From NCBI GenBank assembly GCA_000004985.1, contig GG738863.1: 64,000 nucleotides of DNA. One strand, 5' to 3'. Both the position numbers and the translations under genes were made by a program. Below, one piece after another: positions 1 to 8,879 of this stretch. Position 1 is the stretch's first letter. Each line of letters begins with the position of its first letter. The notes under the pieces are model-generated. The model worked only from the letters and a program-made list of their open reading frames with translations, did not search any database and had not been told where the DNA came from. The DNA is from Naegleria gruberi. Lineage: Eukaryota.

Positions 1-1444
1 AGGAGAGATGCAATATTTTGGGTAGTTTGACTTTAAGTATTTCTAAATTTTCTGATAATTCAGCCTTTTCATTTCTTAGCTGATTGAGAGCTTGTTCCAA
101 ACTATTTACTATTTGACTATTTTTCAAAAAGTTAGATTCTAGATTAGTATTTGCTTCCTTAAGAATTCTAATCATTTCCACTGATTTCTGTAATTCTTTC
201 TTGTATCTATTTGACTTTTCAATGAGAGTTTGTTTTTCTTGCTCATTCGCATTATCCTTGTGAGATAGAGTATTTTCGTATTTATCTTGTTGCTCCCTTA
301 GTTGACTATTCAGAGAATTCAAAAGCTCTTGGCTATTCAAATGTTGAGATTGGTAATAATTCTCCTTCTCACGAAATTCGCTTTCAAGCCTATCCACAAT
401 CGAGGTCAGATTGGAAATCTCCTTTTTGAATGACTTCTCTTGTTCCTCTGTTTTTAAAGCAAATTGTTGACTTTGATTTAGCATTTCCTCTTGAAACTTC
501 TTATTCTCTGACCTTAATTGATCAACCAACAGTTCCAATTTTTCATTCTCCTTCTTTAGTTTTTCCTTTCCCAGATTTTCATTAAATTGCAGCTTTTGAA
601 ATTCAAAAATTGTTTTCTTCTCTTCTGCAATTGCTCTCAAAAGTTCATCTTGCATGATGGTCAACTCTTCACATTCTGCTCTTTTATGTTCAAAATTAAT
701 TTTAAGGGTGTTTAATTCTGATTTTAATCTGTCATTCTCATTATGATTTTTTGTCAACTCATGTTTGACATGTTGTAATTCTTCTCTCATCTCACTAGAT
801 TTAATTTCAAGATTCATCAATTGATTATTCCTCCTATCCAACTCTCCTTGAACAACTCCTTGTTTGTACATATTCAATTGATCCTGAATTCCATTCTTCT
901 GTAGACGAAGTTGTTCAGCATATTCCTGAATTGAACTTTTTTCATGAATCAATTGAGAAACTCTCACTGAATCACCACTCATTAATTGATTAAGATTGTT
1001 CAATTTTTTAATTTCCTCCTTTAGGTGAATCACTTGTTTCGAAAAATCCTCAATCCTCATCAAATTCAAATTTCGTTCATTTTCTAATAATCTAATCTTT
1101 TCATCTCTCCAAATAATCTCATAATTACCAATATCATTGGCAGTCATATTCATCAATCCAGATTTCCTCTTCCCCTCACTTACCAAATTATTAATTGCAC
1201 TCAAATCAGAGCATGATGATTTAGCAGATGATGTAGTTTCGGATAAATAATGAGGGGAAGCAATTAAATCCTCATCAAACGAAAGTGGACCACTAGGAGA
1301 GCCCGAAGATTGAATATCAAACAATGATTGATTATAACAACCTCCTCCTCTACCACGAACAGCCCCATCATTTCCATTAGTATCATTATTCATTGTTATA
1401 TTTCCATCATCAGATGAAGATGATGAAGGCGATGAAAAATTCAT
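1..1444 (-). CDS. Coiled-coil protein, 5' portion of the gene. The ATG is at 1442-1444 on the minus strand and the reading frame runs off the window start, so the C-terminus lies outside the window.
   Basis: The minus-strand frame appears open from the ATG to position 1. The ORF track lists no complete ORF of 60 aa or more in 1-1450 on any strand, which fits a single open frame truncated by the window edge. The protein has an N/S-rich N-terminus and then a heptad-like E/K/L/Q-rich sequence (LKEEIKKLNNLNQL..., ELQHVKHELTKNHNENDRLKSEL...). A GTAAGT near 1180 could be a small in-frame intron. Confidence 0.5.
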   Translation of the reverse strand, partial: MNFSSPSSSSSDDGNITMNNDTNGNDGAVRGRGGGCYNQSLFDIQSSGSPSGPLSFDEDLIASPHYLSETTSSAKSSCSDLSAINNLVSEGKRKSGLMNMTANDIGNYEIIWRDEKIRLLENERNLNLMRIEDFSKQVIHLKEEIKKLNNLNQLMSGDSVRVSQLIHEKSSIQEYAEQLRLQKNGIQDQLNMYKQGVVQGELDRRNNQLMNLEIKSSEMREELQHVKHELTKNHNENDRLKSELNTLKINFEHKRAECEELTIMQDELLRAIAEEKKTIFEFQKLQFNENLGKEKLKKENEKLELLVDQLRSENKKFQEEMLNQSQQFALKTEEQEKSFKKEISNLTSIVDRLESEFREKENYYQSQHLNSQELLNSLNSQLREQQDKYENTLSHKDNANEQEKQTLIEKSNRYKKELQKSVEMIRILKEANTNLESNFLKNSQIVNSLEQALNQLRNEKAELSENLEILKVKLPKILHLS

Positions 1445-1513
1445 TTTTTTTATTGTAAAGATTTTTGAAAATTGTAATTAAATTTGGCGCCAAATATTGA
1501 TGGTAAAAGATCT

Positions 1514-2709
1514 TTACAAATCCAATGAATGGATTTTGTCCATGACAGTTTCAACAATACAGAGATTATCTTGAGTTTCGTATTCGTAGAGTAAACCCAT
1601 GGAAGAATCGTTTAGTTCAATAATACGCTCAGAACCATCTTTGAGTTTCATAACATCGAGAGTAAACAAGTCGAGACCTCCAAACAGTTGAGATACTTCA
1701 TCCATCCACAATCTATTGATTTAGAATAAAGTTTAGAATAAAATTTAAATGAATACTTACTTGTATCGTTCTTCAATAGTGTCGAGTGCTTTGAATTTCA
1801 TAGCTCCCCAATTCTAAAATATTAAATAATCAATTTCTATATTCTAAACTTACATTCTTCCATGAAGAATCACTACTTCTTTGATAAACTCTATAATGAT
1901 TTCCAATTTTTTGTAATCTCAAATCATAGTCAACTTGACAAAATGGCTCACAAGTAAAATAATCCTTATAAAGAGCCAGAACTGTTGTAAAATCAGTGAA
2001 ACTTGACTTGGTGTCCAATTTTTGTTTACCAAATCCTGCATGAACAGTTCCAACTTTACAAACAACTGGAAATTCTTGTGGTGTTGTCTTTTTCAGATTA
2101 AATTAAAATGAATTGTATTCAAGCTCCTTACCTTTTCATTCTCATCAAAGAAATCAGTGCTTCTAATGTTAGGATAATAAATTTGTGGAATGAGTGGGAA
2201 ATTTTCAAATCCTCCCAATTTCTTTTGAATTTCCTTCAATTTTCCATAAATAATTGGTTTTTCACTGCACATGTAAACAGATTCCAATGAATTAACAGCA
2301 GGAATATCTAAATTTACGATAAATAATCATCAAAATTCAATTATTTCCATTAAATAATCCAAAATTCAATAAGAAACCTACTTGCAAACATTAAACCAAG
2401 TAAAACATTTCTAAAAGTTTCAGTGTGGAGAGAACTTGGGAAATTTCTAACCAAAACAAAATCTGGTTTGAAATCACGATCCTTGGATTGTTGGCTGAAC
2501 ATGGAATCATTCTTTGCCTTCAATTCCAATATTGGACCATATTCACTATTAGAAACAAGTTTAATTTCCTCCCAACCAGCTTGTTCAACCTTGATCTTTT
2601 TACCTTGTTTTGTTGTCTTGTTTGCAAATAATTTGTACCAATTTGATTGATCCGATTGATTATAGTCAATAACTAGTAAATTAAATGAAGATGTTGTAAC
2701 TTGATGACA
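1514..2709 (-). CDS. Synapsin-like ATP-grasp protein (synapsin C-domain homologue). Multi-exon gene span with at least 4 exons; the terminal exon is 1514-1711.
   Basis: Minus-strand ORFs 1514-1711, 1830-2018 and 2093-2287 plus the 2300-2690 region join through GTAAGT/GTAGGT...AG introns. The joined protein aligns with the metazoan synapsin C domain as I recall it: WYKLFANKTTKQGKKIKVEQAGWEEIKLVSNSEYGPILELKAKND...DRDFKPDFVLVRNFPSS vs [23 protein letters not shown]...SLKPDFVLIRQHAFS; VGTVHAGFGKQKLDTKSSFTDFTTVLALYKDYFTCEPFCQVDYDLRLQKIGNHYRVYQRSSDSSWKN vs [108 protein letters not shown] vs [40 protein letters not shown]. The N-terminal start is unresolved: the candidate ATG at about 2709 is out of frame with the LLVID exon. 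Confidence 0.7.
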
Positions 2710-2886
2710 TTTTTTTTTGATTTGTTGATTTCACAAGTTCAAACACCACCAAACAACACAAAGAATTGCAACATGGAACTCTGAAATCAACTTGAACTGT
2801 AATTCAATTGAACAGTACAAGTATTCAAAATAAGGAAAGTCAAGTTGAATGGGTCTTATTTGAATGATAGAAAACTTGTTACAATT

Positions 2887-4917
2887 TTATTCATCAGAGT
2901 GAATGGTATCATGTTGAAGAATCATATCATCTTCCTGTGGTTCAGTTTGATTATTGGTGGTGGTATTCTTTTGCAATTTCTTCTTTTTCTTTGCATGTCT
3001 TTCTAATCTTTGATGATACTTTTGACTGTGAGAGGCAACTTGAATTCTAGTTCTGGTTTTGACATATCTGTCAGCGATTTCTCTCCATTTACCATAACCC
3101 AAGTCCTTTAAACCTCTGAGGAATGCTTGGTGTTCTCTTTCTGACCAAGCTCCTTGGTTGACTCCTTCTTCCTTAATGTCAGAGTTGACAAATTTCATCT
3201 TTTTTGATGATTTTTCAACAATGAGATTTCTAAAGCAGAATTTCTTTTGATTGGAATCAGATGAATCATTGGAATCATCATCTAATAGTGCTGCATTGCT
3301 ATCTTCTGGTAGAATTTTAGTGGGTTGAGATTTCTCATCAAAGTCGAATTGTGATGAACTGGCAAGAATAATTTCTTGATTGGAGAGTTGAGATTCTGAG
3401 GAATGACCTTGAGATTTGATCTTTTTCTTCTTTTCAGGTGTGCCTTCTTTCGCCTTTCTCTTTTTTCTATTCTTTGAGTTGGATGGTGAATTAGTAACTG
3501 CTGGTTGACTAGGTTGATTTGACTTTTGATTGTCAATTGACTTTTGGCTATTTGAACCAAATTGATAACTAGGATGATGACTCATAAAACCAATATTGCA
3601 ACTATCATTAGATCTTGGAGTATTGTTTAGTGAATGTGATTGAACAGCAATGGTATTTAGTGGAACATGTTTCTCTAAAAGTGGATTCTCCTTATTAAGA
3701 AAAGCATTTTGATTAAATTGAGCATTAAATATATTCTCAGCAAGAAATCTTTCATTTGTTCTCTGAGCATTCATAATAGAGTTCCAAACCAATTGTTGAT
3801 CAGTTGGTTGTTGTTGCTGTTGTGCTTGTTTCATCAAACTTGGATCAACGTATGAATTTTGTTGAATTCTTTCTTGATTATTGAGAATTATTTGTTGCAT
3901 GTTGAGAAGTTTTTGCATGGTTGTTTGGTTGTTAGAATTTAATGCATCATAATTGAATGGATTATTGTACAATTCGTTGAAGGAGAGGTTTCTTTGTTGA
4001 GGTTGACTAGTGGATGAAGTGCAGGTTAGAGATTTGCCAGTGGAGGCGAAAGATAATTTGGAAGATTCGTCTAGTAAATCTCTTGATGGAAACTTGAATT
4101 CATTTTCATTATTTACAGTACCTAGAAGAGGAGATGATAGTGGAGGAAGTGGAAACTGATCAGTTTTTTGTGGAATTAGAGCACTTCCTGCATTGAGAGG
4201 AACGGTTGTATTAGTTTCGGCTACTTTAGAATATCTTCTCTGTTCCATAAAACTGAACAAGGAATTATCATACTCTCCAATATCATTCTTCTTATCGCTT
4301 AGAGTATGTTCACCAAAAGAGAAGCAACTATCTTCCTTATTGGTTGCATTAAAAACATTATTGGAACCAAAGAGTCCTATTCCTCCTTCCAAAGAATCTC
4401 TTGAATTTTCAATATCGAAAATTGAAGAGAGTCTTCTTTCTCTATTACCAAACCCTCCTTGGGAAGATTGATTCATAGAAGAAACTAATCCAGAAGAGGA
4501 TTGATTGACGACACTTTGTGGTTGAGTACCACTAGATCCCAATTGAAAGGGATCGTTAGGATTTGAGAATGGATTCATTGAGAGAAAGTCAAAACCACTA
4601 TTTGAGTTCATATTAGTATCTTCGAGTGGTGTTACATTTGAAACTACTCCTATTTGATTTGCTTGTAAATGAGAATTTGCTGATGTTGCACTCGATGAAG
4701 GAACCACTCCAGAGAAGAGTGAATGTTGTGAGAAGGGTAATTGAGGATTCACTCCAGCAACACTATTAGAGGTTGCTGAGGCTGCAGTTGTAGATGTTGC
4801 AAGTGCTGATGATGATAATGATGATGGAACTGTTGCTGAGGTAGTTGTAGATGTGAATGAAGAAGGACCAAATTGATTCATATTATTAGTATTTGCAACA
4901 TTACTCATTACTTTCAT
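2887..4917 (-). CDS. SHAQKYF-class single-repeat Myb/SANT DNA-binding protein with a Q/N/S-rich N-terminal region.
   Basis: The 676-aa ORF has a C-terminal WSEREHQAFLRGLKDLGYGKWREIADRYVKTRTRIQVASHSQKYHQRL, which is the SHAQKY(F) Myb signature (here SHSQKY). A basic KKKKIKS nuclear-localisation-like stretch lies upstream. The frame stays open upstream to the N gap at 4985, so the true start may lie beyond the gap. Confidence 0.7.
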   Translation of the reverse strand: MKVMSNVANTNNMNQFGPSSFTSTTTSATVPSSLSSSALATSTTAASATSNSVAGVNPQLPFSQHSLFSGVVPSSSATSANSHLQANQIGVVSNVTPLEDTNMNSNSGFDFLSMNPFSNPNDPFQLGSSGTQPQSVVNQSSSGLVSSMNQSSQGGFGNRERRLSSIFDIENSRDSLEGGIGLFGSNNVFNATNKEDSCFSFGEHTLSDKKNDIGEYDNSLFSFMEQRRYSKVAETNTTVPLNAGSALIPQKTDQFPLPPLSSPLLGTVNNENEFKFPSRDLLDESSKLSFASTGKSLTCTSSTSQPQQRNLSFNELYNNPFNYDALNSNNQTTMQKLLNMQQIILNNQERIQQNSYVDPSLMKQAQQQQQPTDQQLVWNSIMNAQRTNERFLAENIFNAQFNQNAFLNKENPLLEKHVPLNTIAVQSHSLNNTPRSNDSCNIGFMSHHPSYQFGSNSQKSIDNQKSNQPSQPAVTNSPSNSKNRKKRKAKEGTPEKKKKIKSQGHSSESQLSNQEIILASSSQFDFDEKSQPTKILPEDSNAALLDDDSNDSSDSNQKKFCFRNLIVEKSSKKMKFVNSDIKEEGVNQGAWSEREHQAFLRGLKDLGYGKWREIADRYVKTRTRIQVASHSQKYHQRLERHAKKKKKLQKNTTTNNQTEPQEDDMILQHDTIHSDE

Positions 4918-4984
4918 TGATTGAGAAGGTTGATTGAGAAAGAATGAGTTACTTGTAAGAGGAGGACCATTTGAAATATTAGAA

Positions 4985-5034
4985 NNNNNNNNNNNNNNNN
5001 NNNNNNNNNNNNNNNNNNNNNNNNNNNNNNNNNN
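4985..5034. other. Assembly gap (50 N).
   Basis: A run of n characters lies just upstream of the open frame of the Myb gene. Confidence 0.99.
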
Positions 5035-5079
5035 TTGGTCAATTAATAAATTAGATTTATTTTAAAAATGATGATACAA

Positions 5080-6625
5080 TTACTCTTCATAAATTGAAGC
5101 ATTAACTTGTGGTATGAGTTGGGACCATTGTTCGTGTAACTTTTGGTTGTATTCGATTTGTAAATTAAGGAAACTTTGCAACATGCAACTGAAATCAATC
5201 TTTCTTTCTAAATCGAAACGTTCCAAATCACTCTTGAATGATTGTTCAGATTCATTAAGTCTGTCAGTCTTTTGAACAACTCTTAGTTGACCTTCTTCAA
5301 TTTGAGTTTCCAAAATTTGTCTCTTATCTTCCTTCAAATTTGGCTTTTCCTTTTGAGCTTGCAATGAAGCCAAGTGAGATTGAGCACTATCCTTTTCATT
5401 TCTAGCTTCTTCAACTTGGGAAGCAGTATGTCTAATAGAATCACACATACCCAAATAATAAGTTAAGGTTTCAATAACTTGCATAGTTTCCTTTTGAGCT
5501 TGGTCATCGGTAACTTTGCTAATTTGTTCAGCTGATTGACCAACTGATAAAAGATTCTTAGCCAAAGTATTAGATTGGTCATATTCCTTTTCAATAGTAC
5601 CAACAAGAGCAAATGATTTACCATATTCCATAAAACCAGTTGCCATTTCCTTTCTCTTTGTAATCATGACTTGCAATCTTTGTCTAAGTTCCTTTAATGA
5701 ACTGTCCAACTTTTCAATAAACTTCTTGTGAGAGGTAATCCATTCTGGTTCTGGTGTAGAACCCTTTGATTTGAAAAGGGAGAAAGAACTACCACTTTTG
5801 GCTTTAGTTTTAACATTTTTCATTTGGTTGAATTCATCTTCATTTGCTTCGAGGAATTGTTGCAATTCTGATGAAGTTTGTAAAACTGGATGTTCACCAA
5901 CACGTGTCAAGAACTTGGTCAATGCACGTTGTCTATATTCTAACAATGAATTTGTATCTACAGAAGAGAAAATCTTTTCACTGAAGATTTTAATCCGTTA
6001 AAATTTCACATTAATTTTGACAGCAGTCAATAAATCGATTCAAAAAACAAAACTTACACTGAAGCCAAAATACTCTTTTCTGGCAATGGAGGAATAATAA
6101 TTCCACTATAAGAAGAAACTAACAATTCTCTGAACCAAACAAAGTCATTATATCTTCTATGACAAATCAAAGTAGCTTGTTTGTATTGATCAAGCTTGGT
6201 GTCAATAGTAATCTTGTACACCCAGTAAGACAAATCAAAAGTCTTACCAGTAGACTTCTTTTCAGGTTCACTGACAGAGAAAATAAACTACATATATTGT
6301 GATCCGATCCAAAAGTATTTAAAATATCATTAATAATCAAAATAATCAAAATATTAACAACAACAATAAAACCCCACACTACTTACAGCTGGTTCATCAC
6401 TATCGGCACTAGCTTGTACTTGATGTGGTTGAGAAGCAGGAAGAGTTGGATAATCCTCATTGTCAGCACTACGAATATCTTCACCTGTTGGTGGAGAAAT
6501 GAAGCCAGATTCATAATTATTGTTTTGGATTCTTCGTATTGTTGTTGTTCTTGATGTTCTTGGGCATCGTATTGTTGATGTTGTTGGTCGTCTTGTCCAA
6601 CTTGTTGATCGTCGTATGAGTCCAT
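5080..6625 (-). CDS. Sorting nexin with PX and BAR domains (SNX1/Vps5-like); multi-exon gene span.
   Basis: A PX exon (about 6070-6290, minus) encodes ...TFDLSYWVYKITIDTKLDQYKQATLICHRRYNDFVWFRELL, including the RRYxDFxWL PX motif. It joins through the intron GTAAGTTTTG...TCTTCAG to ORF 5080-5946, giving ...EKIFSSVDTNSLLEYRQRALTKFLTRVGEHPVLQTSSELQQFLEA followed by about 250 aa of helical BAR-type sequence. The N-terminal exon begins MDSYDDQQ at about 6625; a frame change there implies another small intron near 6520. Confidence 0.65.
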
Positions 6626-7002
6626 TTTTTCTGTGTGGTAAAACATTAAAAAAATCAAATGGTGCGATTTGGAGAGTTGTAAGAATCGATTGACATCACA
6701 CCATTATTAACAATTGTATATTGTTTAATTGGGCGACTGTATAGAGGTTGGCTATTTACCGGTGGTTATCGTATGGGGCGTGTTTTGAAAGGAGAATTTT
6801 GTAATTGAATTTTGAATGGTTATTCTGTGTGAAAAGTGTTTAACAACCGATAGCCTTAATGACACAACTTAGAAGCACCTTTGGAAGATATTTTTACGGA
6901 GTTTCAACAGTTGAGTAGATTTTCATTGTGAAATGGCAAGATTGTTAAGGATAAACTGAAATAATCATTAATATTCATTAATTTACAAATTTATTTACAT
7001 TA

Positions 7003-7575
7003 TTGTTGATTGGGTATTGAAGGAGGGGTTTGTTTCTTGATTTGTATATACTTTTTACTTCCTGGTGGTGATTCTTCCCTATTTGAAATATTTTAGAATT
7101 GCAAATCCAAATATACTTACCATTCAATAGCAGAAATATTCTTAGATTCATTAAATACCATGCAATATTCTCCAACTCTTGAAATATTTGCATTCCTTGA
7201 TGTTGTTAAATTAATACAATTCTTTTGCCACAATTGAGTTTGAGCTCCAATAATTCTGATAATATCACCTCCTACAATATAATCGGCTTTGTGATTCCAT
7301 AAAGTTAATGTAATGTAAGCTGTATCATCAGCCACAACAAAATATGTAATAAATTGATTATCCTTTGTTTTGATTGTTTGTTGTTTGTCTAGAACAATAC
7401 AAGTAATCGAAAAATCGGTCATGTTTGGTTTAAGATCAGCAATTTTATAATGTTTTTGATTCGGATCCATCAATTGTTGATTATTCGGATTATTATTTGT
7501 TGGAGGTGAATGTCTTCTATTCATTGATTGTTGTTGGCCATTGGGTGGCACGTTCACTGACGGAGGTTGTTGCAT
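7003..7575 (-). CDS. OB-fold ssDNA-binding protein, SOSS-B/NABP (hSSB1/2) homologue; 2 exons with an intron at about 7079-7118.
   Basis: ORF 7117-7575 encodes IADLKPNMTDFSITCIVLDKQQTIKTKDNQFITYFVVADDTAYITLTLWNHKADYIVGGDIIRIIGAQTQLWQKNCINLTTSRNANISRVGEYCMVFNE. This is collinear with NABP (IKDLKPGLKNLNVIFIVLE...[25 protein letters not shown]...[40 protein letters not shown]). The donor TG|GTAAGT at about 7118 and the acceptor ...TTTCAAATAG add a short C-terminal tail that ends at about 7003. Confidence 0.65.
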
Positions 7576-7660
7576 TTTTTAATAATTATTAAATAAATAA
7601 TTAATAATAATTATATGGTCCAATGATGGTTTTGTTTGGCTTTAAACACAGCAACTGTGG

Positions 7661-8331
7661 TTAAATTTTAGGCAATACTGTTTCTCCACTAGATCCTATA
7701 TTTGGCATTTTAATATTAGAGAAATTAGGAATATTAGCAGAAGAACCATCAACAAAATAATCAGAAAATTCCATATTTTGTGATGCTTGTTGTTGATTCA
7801 TCATCATGTTTTGTTGTAAAATATCTTCAGCTGTAATATATCTCTTCACTCGAGTAAATACATTGGCAGCATTTACAGCCATTCCTCCAATATTTTCCAA
7901 ATTCTTTTTAAATTAATTCCAACTCAAAGTTTTCATTTCCAACTTACCAATGGGAGAGCATTATCCGTTTTATGTCTCTGTTGATGTAATTTAACATAGT
8001 AAATATCTTCATCAATTTCATTTTCATCAATTTTTAATTCCTCTTCCTTCTTTTCAGGTTGAATATTGTTCTGAATTGATTTCCGATCATTAAAAAACGG
8101 TTTTCCACTCAATACATTCAACATTCCCCATACTAAAAACAATGGATTTTCTCTCATCAATTTTCTAAATGAATTAATTTTTCTAGTTGTGTATTGTGTG
8201 ACGTAGACAGACAATAGGCTTGTTAAAATTACTACGAATATATTCTTTGAATTTCCAATCAATAATTGATTCATGAGTAAATTACCCATAGCCTTGTCGG
8301 TACCTGGATTGTTCGATTGTTGCCTTTGCAT
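7661..8331 (-). CDS. Hypothetical membrane protein; 2 exons (7933-8331 and 7661-7900) joined by the intron GTAAGTTGGAAATG...AAAAAG.
   Basis: The minus-strand ORFs join in frame (...ALPLV|NLENIGGMAVNAANVF...). A hydrophobic stretch (IFVVILTSLLSVYVTQY) suggests one transmembrane segment. I do not recognise a family. Confidence 0.4.
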
Positions 8332-8879
8332 TTTTTTAATTCAAATATTTATTATTTAAATAATATTTAATTTATTACAATTTGAAAGTGATGAAAAGAA
8401 CCCCTAATAAAATTATTACAAACAAGGATTCAGAAGATAAGATCCTATCTATAATTGGATAGAGTTTTTGTTGATGAATAAAAAAGTCTTTTTCATTGTG
8501 AATCTCAATGGTTCATAGTAAGGATTAACGATTAATAAACATCTGAAGTGCTTGTTACAAGGTCGATCGACCAATGTTCATCAATTCGGTGCTGTTATCA
8601 AATGATTGTAGTGCAGAGACAATATTGGCCAAGTTGTTCACCTCTTTGAAATCCATCAGTAGATCTCGAGCAAAAAGGCGCCAACAGTGTTTCTGTTTAT
8701 TATGTCCCTGTACATTTTAGCTTCAAAAAAAAACATCAAACCATCACCACCCTTTTAGCTCTCCCTTAGTAATCAAATTATTTTCCATCTACAACCATCT
8801 TGTACAGAGTTTTTCTTTTGCGAAATCTTATCAAACATATCTCAAACCCTTGTTAATAGAGGAAATTTAAAATAACAAA

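Noticed and set aside
2108-2650. The + strand ORFs 2108-2290, 2423-2650 and 2425-2631.
   Set aside because: They lie antisense to exons of the synapsin-like gene, whose minus-strand frame shows strong homology. The plus-strand translations are hydrophobic nonsense.
3282-4471. ORFs 3282-3560 (-) and 4193-4471 (+) inside the Myb gene; likewise 10200-10382 and 11224-11505 inside the IQ-protein gene, 12822-13064 and 12721-12966 in the ArfGAP gene, 14937-15140, 15294-15563, 15494-15730 and 15835-16122, 17779-17997, 18840-19140, 20814-21092, 21593-21850, 27106-27288, 28450-29102, 32347-33313, 33537-33944, 34072-34305, 34597-34791, 35712-36032, 36626-36835, 37606-38027, 39446-39667, 43164-44100, 45170-45667, 47634-47822, 52341-52697, 53525-54184, 56102-56290, 56760-57139, 58400-58966, 60220-60629, 61805-62395 and 62809-63374.
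   Set aside because: They are alternative-frame or antisense ORFs wholly contained within longer ORFs that carry recognisable domains or much better coding character. Short length and biased composition are consistent with chance open frames in AT-rich DNA.
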